This document shows positions 57,125-64,000 of a stretch of 64,000 nt of DNA, one piece after another (within the stretch, counting starts at the first letter, position 1; every line of letters starts with the position of its first letter). The DNA is taken from IMG/VR virus record IMGVR_UViG_3300023174_000123, positions 1-64,000 of that record, one strand, 5' to 3'. This DNA is from a virus. Made by a program: the position numbers and the translations under genes. The notes under the pieces were generated by a model. The model saw nothing but the letters and a program-made list of their open reading frames with translations. It was not told the origin of the DNA and did no database searches.

Positions 57125-57688
57125 ATGAGCGCAGACATCGATATTGATCTTGCAGACAGAGATCAGTTGTTGAAATTAATCCAGGCCGTTCCGGCACGAC
57201 AATCAAATCAAGGACAGGTGCGTCGCCACAACAGTGGTGTATATGTCACTGACATTCCCTACGATCCAATCAATGCTTGTGCAACTATTGACTATGAACA
57301 AGCAGAAAAACTGGGCTATTTTAAAATTGATCTATTGAATATGTCGGTGTATCAATTAATACAAAGTCCAGAACACTACCAAGAGATACTGACCAAAGAG
57401 GCGCCTTGGACAAGATTGTGGACCGACGCAGACTGGGCCAGCCAGTTAGTTCATGTAGGCAATTACCCAAACTTACTACAGTCAATGAAACCCGACAACA
57501 TCCCCAGGATGGCAGCTTTTATCAGTATCATACGACCTGGCAAAGCACACTTGCAAAATCGTCCCTGGGACCAAGTATTTGAGTCGGTTTGGGATGGGGA
57601 TGACAGCCGTGGATTTGTGTTCAAGAAATCGCATGCAATTTCTTATGCAGCCTTGGTGGCCTTGCACATGAACTTATTAAACACATGA
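57125..57688 (+). CDS. Miniature DnaE/Pol III alpha-like (C-family) polymerase core
   Basis: Collinear DIDID, RHNSGV, LGYFKIDLL, IRPG and FKKSHAISYA motifs in 187 aa. Confidence 0.8.
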   Translation: MSADIDIDLADRDQLLKLIQAVPARQSNQGQVRRHNSGVYVTDIPYDPINACATIDYEQAEKLGYFKIDLLNMSVYQLIQSPEHYQEILTKEAPWTRLWTDADWASQLVHVGNYPNLLQSMKPDNIPRMAAFISIIRPGKAHLQNRPWDQVFESVWDGDDSRGFVFKKSHAISYAALVALHMNLLNT

Positions 57689-58374
57689 CCATATTATACA
57701 GCAATGGATGTAGTTATACTGCTAACTATAATATTGAGAGATCAGAAAGATATCCTATATTGATAGCCAAACATTTTAAGTGGATGGTTCAGGATAAAGC
57801 TATTCCTGGAAATTGTAATAGCAAAATCATTCGTTCTGCAATGAGAGATTGCGTTAGCTTGCTGAAACAAGAAAAACCGATCGTGGCCATGATCCAATTG
57901 ACTCATCAAGAACGATTTGAATATGCGGGTAAGCCTACCAAAGAGAATGCGTGGAAGTACGGATTGTTGCATGACCAGGTAGAAAACATAGACAAACAAA
58001 TCTTTGATCAATTTGAATCTATAAATCCAATGGACGAAAAACATTGGCCCAAAGAGATTGTTCAGTATGCCAAACAACATTTAATTTTGCAAAAAATTGA
58101 TGCTTTGAATACTAATTTATTTCATAGTATCATTGGCCTGGCTTCTTTTTTTAGAACTAACAACATAAAATATTTGATCTATGCCGGTCCATCTTTTTAT
58201 AATCCAGAAATAGACAATGATCCTTTTTATAGATATCTGCTAAACGACAAAAATGTAATAGATTTAAATAATTTTAACATGTTGTCCATCACCGGGTTAT
58301 CAAAACATCCAGATTCCAGTGGCATGAAAAAGATAGCTGATTATTTTATTAATCTACTCGACGAACCAAAGTAA
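57685..58374 (+). CDS. AT-rich SGNH-hydrolase-like accessory protein
   Basis: LYSNGCSYT, AIPGNCNSKI.R, IQLTHQERFE, KHPDSSG...IAD. Confidence 0.65.
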   Translation: MTILYSNGCSYTANYNIERSERYPILIAKHFKWMVQDKAIPGNCNSKIIRSAMRDCVSLLKQEKPIVAMIQLTHQERFEYAGKPTKENAWKYGLLHDQVENIDKQIFDQFESINPMDEKHWPKEIVQYAKQHLILQKIDALNTNLFHSIIGLASFFRTNNIKYLIYAGPSFYNPEIDNDPFYRYLLNDKNVIDLNNFNMLSITGLSKHPDSSGMKKIADYFINLLDEPK

Positions 58375-58726
58375 TACTTTTTCTTTTGCTTTTTTTCCTA
58401 CCGATCTCGCCGAGACTGCATATGGGTCCATGCACGACTTCTAGATCTTTGTTGGTAAATGTGCGTAGATAAGGACGGAAAACGTCCCACTCACCTTTTA
58501 AGAATATGTTTATGGGCACAGTTCTGTTGCTTTCCCACCACCAAATGTTGGCCAGTTCTAGGAACCGGCGTTTGATTTCTATGTCTTGTATGGCGCCAAA
58601 ATCGTAGATGGTAGTAATGGCATCGTCTTGATTTTGTATGATACCCACGTATTCCGTGGTGGCATACACACACAAGGTAATAAACGGATACTTTTCCGCT
58701 AATTGGGCAAAAAAATCAGTGCTCAT
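58349..58726 (-). CDS. Hypothetical late protein
   Basis: 125 aa, WWWESNR..PINIFL; late promoter upstream. Confidence 0.75.
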   Translation of the reverse strand: MSTDFFAQLAEKYPFITLCVYATTEYVGIIQNQDDAITTIYDFGAIQDIEIKRRFLELANIWWWESNRTVPINIFLKGEWDVFRPYLRTFTNKDLEVVHGPICSLGEIGRKKSKRKSITLVRRVD

Positions 58727-58736
58727 AAGTTACGGA

Positions 58737-58781
58737 TATTTACCAAACCGTTTTTGAGCCAGGTCGAGATTTCGCTAAATA
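58737..58781. promoter_or_regulatory. Divergent late promoter pair
   Basis: GTAAATA on - (58737-58743) and CTAAATA on + (58775-58781, 6 nt to ATG). Confidence 0.75.
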
Positions 58782-58787
58782 CTCTGT

Positions 58788-59933
58788 ATGTATTCAACCC
58801 AAGTCTATATCTATCAGCAGATCACCAGAGTCTTGCTCATGGACACAGGTGCGGGCGAAACTTTTATCTATAGGTATGATCCTGTGTACGCCAAAGTCCT
58901 GACCATAAACAAAGGTGTTGATAATGTGCTCCTGTTTGAGTTTATCAACCAGCAAGAAAAACCTGTGAACATCACAGGTAGCACGTTCCTGTTCCGAGTG
59001 ATCAGCACCGAGGGTGATGTTTTACTTTTAGAAAAACCCATGGTGATCTTGAATGCTCCCACTGGCCGCGCCAAAGTAACCTTGACCAGCGCAGAACTTT
59101 TAGAAGTCTTGGCACAACCAGCCAACTACAGCATACAACGCAGCAGTGGAAACTTGGTAGAAGCAGTGTTTGTGGATGCTCAGGCCGGAGCCCGTGCTCC
59201 TGTAAACATTGTAGACAGCATCTTGCCACAGTATGTGCCAAGTGCACCACTCACAATACCCACTATCAAACTCAGCGCCCAGGGTAGCCCAGATGGTATT
59301 GCCTGGACTCAATGGCCTTCCAATCCATATTATTCTGGCAACCCCAACGGTGGAAATTACTACAACAGTTTTTTGAATACCGAATACTTCAGTAGTTTTA
59401 TTGAACCCACCAAAGGCGTTACCACAGTGCAGATGACCTTGGTGGGTTACACAGGCACGATCAAAGCACAGGCCGCAGAAAACTATCAAAGCATATTCTA
59501 CAACGTCACAGAGTCTACTACCTATTACGACGAAACCAGAACCATATACATGAACATTGTGGGATGGCATCCTATAATTAGATTGTGCTTCAACAACAGC
59601 ATTTTTGCCGTGCCAGATCAACCTGGCACTCCGGCACTGGCCACGGCCATTACAGAAAACGGTGTAGTCACTGCCATCAACGTGGTCAACGGTGGCAGCG
59701 GATATCTAGCACCGCCCAAGATCAACATCATTGGCAGCGGGTCCGGCGCTACAGCAGAAGCTACCATCTCGGGCGGTGTGGTCACAGGGATTACAGTGAC
59801 CAATGGCGGAAGTGGTTATTGGTATCTACCAAATGCCGGCTCAACCAGCGTGGTCAGTCCTGCTCCTCCGTCGACATCCAGCGCTGCTGTGGTAATCAGC
59901 ACCGGTTATGTGGTTGATCTATTGTATAGATAA
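58788..59933 (+). CDS. Virion structural protein (BppU-like Ig N-terminus, NGGSGY repeat domain)
   Basis: KGVDN...F.FINQQEKPVNITG; V..I.V.NGGSGY twice; late promoter. Confidence 0.6.
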   Translation: MYSTQVYIYQQITRVLLMDTGAGETFIYRYDPVYAKVLTINKGVDNVLLFEFINQQEKPVNITGSTFLFRVISTEGDVLLLEKPMVILNAPTGRAKVTLTSAELLEVLAQPANYSIQRSSGNLVEAVFVDAQAGARAPVNIVDSILPQYVPSAPLTIPTIKLSAQGSPDGIAWTQWPSNPYYSGNPNGGNYYNSFLNTEYFSSFIEPTKGVTTVQMTLVGYTGTIKAQAAENYQSIFYNVTESTTYYDETRTIYMNIVGWHPIIRLCFNNSIFAVPDQPGTPALATAITENGVVTAINVVNGGSGYLAPPKINIIGSGSGATAEATISGGVVTGITVTNGGSGYWYLPNAGSTSVVSPAPPSTSSAAVVISTGYVVDLLYR

Positions 59934-59945
59934 TACCAAACACTG

Positions 59946-59974
59946 TTGAATTTTACCAAAAATCATGTTACAAT
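59946..59974 (+). promoter_or_regulatory. Sigma70-type promoter, leaderless
   Basis: TTGAAT-17 bp-TACAAT with TG; ATG 6 nt after the -10. Confidence 0.75.
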
Positions 59975-59980
59975 AACAGC

Positions 59981-60964
59981 ATGATTGATGTGATCTCTTA
60001 CCTGCCCGCACGACGCAAGCCCAGTGCTTCGGGTTGGATCAGTTTCAATGCACCCTGCTGTGAGCACATGGGAGAAAGTCGAGATCGACGTAGTCGTGGC
60101 GGTATCAAAACAAGCGATGCGGGCTGGAGCTATCATTGTTTCAATTGTGGCTACACTGCCAGCTTTATCATGGGACGCAATCTCAGTTTCAAGGCTCGTA
60201 AACTGCTGTCATGGTTGGGTGTACCTCCAGAAGAAGTAGAACGCATCAACTTGGAAAGTCTCCGACACAAAAACATGGAAGGCCTGCTGACTGATCGTCA
60301 ACGTGTTAGCAATACCCTGCAGGGCATAGAGTTTGAAGAACGTGACCTGCCACCTGCGGCAGAACTGGTCACCACAGTGCATCCTACGCATTGGCAGTAT
60401 CTGCGTGCTCGTGGTGTGCCAGCAGACTACCCTGTGATGACAGTGCTGCAGACTGACAAGGTACACTGGACCCGACCACAGGTCATTGTACCTTTTACCT
60501 ATGACAATCGTGTGGTAGGCTACAGTTGCCGTATGCTGGACAATCGTCAGCCCAAGTATATCCATGACACACAGCCGGGCTATGTGTTTGGCACAGACTT
60601 GCAAGGTGCGGCGTGGCGTTATGCCCTAGTGGTAGAAGGTGTGTTTGATGCACTCAGCATAGGTGGCCTGGCAGTGTTGCATGCCGAAATCAATGATGCA
60701 CAGGCCCGACTCATACGCAGTCTTGATAGAGAAGTCATAGTGGTGCCTGATCAGGACCTGGCCGGAATGAAACTGGTGGATCGTGCTCTAGAGCTAGGGT
60801 GGAGTGTAAGCATGCCCGAGTGGCCCGCTGATGTAAAAGATGTCAACGATGCTGTGATTCGTTGGGGCAGATTGGCCACTGTGATAACTATCTTGCAGGC
60901 ACGGGAAACCAGCCGAATCAAAATAGAACTAAGAAAAAAATGGTTATTAAAACAACTGAACTAA
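59981..60964 (+). CDS. DNA primase (T4 gp61-like)
   Basis: Zn-binding APCC...YHCFNCG; TOPRIM VVEGVFD, PDQDLAG, KDVND. Confidence 0.9.
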   Translation: MIDVISYLPARRKPSASGWISFNAPCCEHMGESRDRRSRGGIKTSDAGWSYHCFNCGYTASFIMGRNLSFKARKLLSWLGVPPEEVERINLESLRHKNMEGLLTDRQRVSNTLQGIEFEERDLPPAAELVTTVHPTHWQYLRARGVPADYPVMTVLQTDKVHWTRPQVIVPFTYDNRVVGYSCRMLDNRQPKYIHDTQPGYVFGTDLQGAAWRYALVVEGVFDALSIGGLAVLHAEINDAQARLIRSLDREVIVVPDQDLAGMKLVDRALELGWSVSMPEWPADVKDVNDAVIRWGRLATVITILQARETSRIKIELRKKWLLKQLN

Positions 60965-61527
60965 AAAATATCGTTGTTGTTGGAGATAGTTTTTCTGCAG
61001 ATACTGGCAATGACATCAGCTGGGTAGCTAAATTATCTAATAACTATAATGTAAAAAATTTTAGTCAACGAGGAATTTCAGAATACCGACTTTATAATAT
61101 TATACTAAAGAACATAGAGGAAATTTCCAAGGCCGACACAATAATTATTTTTCATACCAATCCCGATCGTGTATTTGTGCCAAACCACGTGCAGTTTCAA
61201 TCTCGACAATTACAAACACACCCTCACATGGATATGGTAGCGAACGATGCGTTAAATGATAAATGTTGGAAAAAGATCGCCGATTATTACTACAGATATT
61301 TTTATGATCAAGGACAACAAAATTGCATTTATGAACTGTTGGTTGAAAAAATTGATAGGTTGGTAAAAATACAGAAAATCCATTGTTCTGGGTTCAACGT
61401 AGCATGTGAATCTATTACAATGAACTTGTTTTATCAGACAAAAATAGATCATCCTGGAACAATTAATCATTTTAATTCTGCCGGCAATCAATTTGTTTAC
61501 AATTATTTAGAAAGTATAATTTGTTAA
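60940..61527 (+). CDS. AT-rich SGNH-hydrolase-like accessory protein
   Basis: IVVVGDSFS, NFSQRGISE, FHTNPDRV, INHFNSAGN; start ATG 60940. Confidence 0.65.
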   Translation: MVIKTTELKNIVVVGDSFSADTGNDISWVAKLSNNYNVKNFSQRGISEYRLYNIILKNIEEISKADTIIIFHTNPDRVFVPNHVQFQSRQLQTHPHMDMVANDALNDKCWKKIADYYYRYFYDQGQQNCIYELLVEKIDRLVKIQKIHCSGFNVACESITMNLFYQTKIDHPGTINHFNSAGNQFVYNYLESIIC

Positions 61528-62936
61528 AAGACTACGGACTTGAAGTCCAACGCCTATTCTTAGAAATGATGTTGCAAGACGCAGAGAGTTATGTGCGTGT
61601 GCAGAACATCTACAATCCAGAAAACTTTGATCGTAGTCTGAGACCTGCGGCTGAGTTTATCGCCCGGCACAGTGACGATCACAAGACCCTGCCCACGGCA
61701 GACCAGATACGAGCCAGCACTGGTGTTGCACTCAATCATATTCCAGATCTCAACGAAGGACACTTTGAGTGGTTCATGACCGAGTTTGAAGGATTTACTA
61801 GACGTCAAGAATTAGAACGTGCCATTCTTAAAAGTGCAGACTTGTTGGAAAAGGGCGAGTATGATCCTGTGGAGAAACTGATCAAAGATGCTGTACAGAT
61901 ATCGTTGACCAAAGACATGGGCACAGACTACTGGTCCGATCCCAAAACACGTATCAACAAGTATTTTAATTCAGGCGGACAAGTGTCAACAGGTTGGCCA
62001 CAGATGGACAAGATCTTGTATGGTGGCTTTAGCCGTGGCGAACTCAACATTTTTGCAGGCGGATCAGGATCTGGAAAGAGCTTGGTCATGATGAACATAG
62101 CACTCAGTTGGTTGCAGGCAGGACTGTCGGGTGTGTATATCAGTTTAGAACTCAGTGAAGAACTATGTGCCCTGAGAACTGATGCCATGTTGGCCGGCAT
62201 GAGCACCAAAGAGATACGCAAGGACATAGATCAGACTGAACTCAAGGTCAAGCTTGTGAGCAAGAAAGCCGGACAGTATCGTATCAAAGCTCTGCCAGCA
62301 CAAAGCAACATCAATGACATCCGTAGTTACATCAAAGAAGTGCAAGTGCAAACAGGATTGAAAGTGGATTTTGTCATGTGTGATTATTTAGACTTGCTGA
62401 TGCCTGTGAGTGCCAAAGTCAGCCCCAATGACTTGTTTGTCAAAGACAAGTATGTGAGTGAGGAACTACGTAACTTGGCCAAAGAACTCAACGTGTTATT
62501 TGTGACAGCCAGTCAGTTGAATCGTAGTGCCGTGGAGGAAATTGAATTTGATCACAGTCATATCTCGGGCGGTATTTCAAAGATCAATACAGCGGATAAT
62601 GTGTTTGGTATCTTTACAAGTCGTGCCATGCGTGAACGCGGCAAGTATCAAATACAATGTATGAAGAGCCGTAGTAGTACAGGTGTAGGACAAAAGATTG
62701 ACTTGGATTATAACATAGAAACCATGCGTATCACTGATCCAGGTGAAGATGCTAGTCCTGTAAATTCTTTCAAAAAGCCAGATATTTTGAGCAGTATCCG
62801 TACACAGAGTCGTGCCTTGCCGTCGGCAACAGACAATGAACAAGAATCGGACTCAATAGAAAACACAGGAAAAATCACAGCAGATGTTCAGAGTGCCAAA
62901 CTCAAACAATTATTAGGAAAAATCAAAACCACATGA
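61521..62936 (+). CDS. Replicative DnaB-like helicase (T4 gp41-like)
   Basis: GGSGSGKS, ISLELSE, DYLDL, TASQLNR, KSR. Confidence 0.93.
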   Translation: MLKDYGLEVQRLFLEMMLQDAESYVRVQNIYNPENFDRSLRPAAEFIARHSDDHKTLPTADQIRASTGVALNHIPDLNEGHFEWFMTEFEGFTRRQELERAILKSADLLEKGEYDPVEKLIKDAVQISLTKDMGTDYWSDPKTRINKYFNSGGQVSTGWPQMDKILYGGFSRGELNIFAGGSGSGKSLVMMNIALSWLQAGLSGVYISLELSEELCALRTDAMLAGMSTKEIRKDIDQTELKVKLVSKKAGQYRIKALPAQSNINDIRSYIKEVQVQTGLKVDFVMCDYLDLLMPVSAKVSPNDLFVKDKYVSEELRNLAKELNVLFVTASQLNRSAVEEIEFDHSHISGGISKINTADNVFGIFTSRAMRERGKYQIQCMKSRSSTGVGQKIDLDYNIETMRITDPGEDASPVNSFKKPDILSSIRTQSRALPSATDNEQESDSIENTGKITADVQSAKLKQLLGKIKTT

Positions 62937-63586
62937 ATCTAATTTGTTTCCCTCATTACACTTGTGGCGGATTACTATGTGACATCATGAACAAAACATT
63001 TTCTAAAGTTGCATCTAATGGTGGTATCGCTTCAATATATCATGCACTTGGCAAGATAGGTGATGCAGACACAGAGTTTGTGGATTATGATTCTCAGGAT
63101 CTGATCAAAAAAATACAGGAAATAAACTGTGATCAATCAACATGGGTTGGCACACACTGCTGGCCAGGAAAACTGGATTTGTCAATGTTTAATCGTGTAA
63201 TAGCAGTAACTACTACCAGTTATCGCAGCAAGTTGTATCGTTGGACACGAGCTTATCATCATTATTACTTGAAATCAATTCCGTGGACTAGCCTACAAGG
63301 GCAACACAGGATTGACAAGGAAAGAGAAACTGCTAAAAATTATCTCAAATCATTTGATCCTGTGTTTCACCCAAATGTGATCAACATAGAATTTTCAGAG
63401 ATTGTAGAAAATTCAATCGAGTTTCAACAGCTGATATACCCAGAAAAAATTAACGATCATCTTGAACGTTGGAAAAGTATAAACAAATTCCTGTATGAAG
63501 ATAATATCTGGAATGGAATTCCATTCAAACGTTTTTACGAAGCAGAATCTGAGTGCAATTTAGACAAATATTATGTCTACCAATAA
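62933..63586 (+). CDS. AT-rich hypothetical protein, possible sulfotransferase-like fold
   Basis: LICFPHYTCGGLL start resembles 50940..51473; ATGA overlap. Confidence 0.55.
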   Translation: MNLICFPHYTCGGLLCDIMNKTFSKVASNGGIASIYHALGKIGDADTEFVDYDSQDLIKKIQEINCDQSTWVGTHCWPGKLDLSMFNRVIAVTTTSYRSKLYRWTRAYHHYYLKSIPWTSLQGQHRIDKERETAKNYLKSFDPVFHPNVINIEFSEIVENSIEFQQLIYPEKINDHLERWKSINKFLYEDNIWNGIPFKRFYEAESECNLDKYYVYQ

Positions 63587-64000
63587 GATTTTTTGTTTTG
63601 GAGACGGATATGCTCATGGCCATATATGGCCCGAATGGCCGCAAATTTTACAGGCATTGTTGCCATCGAATCAAGTAGTTGTCAAATCTGGAATAGGTGC
63701 CGGTAATGAATTTCTAATAGATCAACTGTTAAACTCGTCTTGTCAGGGACATTCGGTGATTTTTCAATGGGCTCAAGCCAACAGATTTGATAAATTGCTA
63801 CAGGATGATCATTGGATGTGCATGGCCAAACAAGACCCTGTGTATTTTTTTAATTTTGAAACTAATTTATCTGGCACCTGGTGGCTATCCAGTGCCAGTC
63901 AAAATCAAAAAATAAAAGAATATCATAATTTTTTTGTTCAAAGTCAGCAGGCACAACTGCGTGAAAAAAATCAAAAAATTTTGGTAGAAAATTATCTACA
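63573..64000 (+). CDS. SGNH-like accessory protein, 3' truncated (absent from the ORF track)
   Basis: Open from ATG 63573 to window end: MSTNKIFCFGDGYA...WP...GAGNEF...IFQWAQANRFD. Confidence 0.65.
   Translation, partial: MSTNKIFCFGDGYAHGHIWPEWPQILQALLPSNQVVVKSGIGAGNEFLIDQLLNSSCQGHSVIFQWAQANRFDKLLQDDHWMCMAKQDPVYFFNFETNLSGTWWLSSASQNQKIKEYHNFFVQSQQAQLREKNQKILVENYL

Noticed and set aside
56724-58374. Mini-DnaE as a frameshifted pseudogene or intron-split polymerase
   Set aside because: Motifs from distant parts of DnaE are joined in one intact frame, and flanking ORFs are unrelated AT-rich genes.
34449-62936. Inteins in terminase, UvsX, UvsW or helicase
   Set aside because: Lengths are ordinary, motifs are contiguous and no C...HN/(C,S,T) junctions were seen.
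1-64000. Stop-codon reassignment as seen in some large phages
   Set aside because: TAA, TAG and TGA all end recognisably complete genes and coding density is high under the standard code.
1-64000. tRNA or rRNA genes
   Set aside because: Intergenic gaps are short and none showed a cloverleaf with a T-loop consensus by eye; tRNAscan-SE would be needed to exclude them formally.

Overview
This window is a 64-kb piece of a large T4-like (myovirus-type) bacteriophage genome using the standard genetic code. It carries four Gly/Thr/Asn-rich tail-fibre genes, neck and tail genes (gp13, gp14, gp15, sheath gp18, tube gp19), head completion gp4, and small and large terminases. A block of probable capsid-internal proteins with T4 CTS-like N-termini lies between the two terminases. 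Replication and recombination genes include gp32, UvsX, UvsY, UvsW, a gp62-like protein, primase, helicase, dNMP kinase and a DexA-like exonuclease. About 19 TAAATA late promoters and 9 sigma70-type promoters are visible, many positioned to give leaderless mRNAs. The most unusual elements are: (i) a 187-aa gene holding the collinear catalytic motifs of a C-family (DnaE) polymerase; (ii) three MRAREF paralogues wrapped around an Ntn-hydrolase, next to a modular Glu-site polyprotein; (iii) a late-promoter glycosyltransferase locus alongside fibres rich in N-x-S/T sequons; (iv) AT-rich SGNH-like and radical SAM genes slotted singly into stop/start junctions of core genes. All product calls come from motif recognition by eye, not from database searches.
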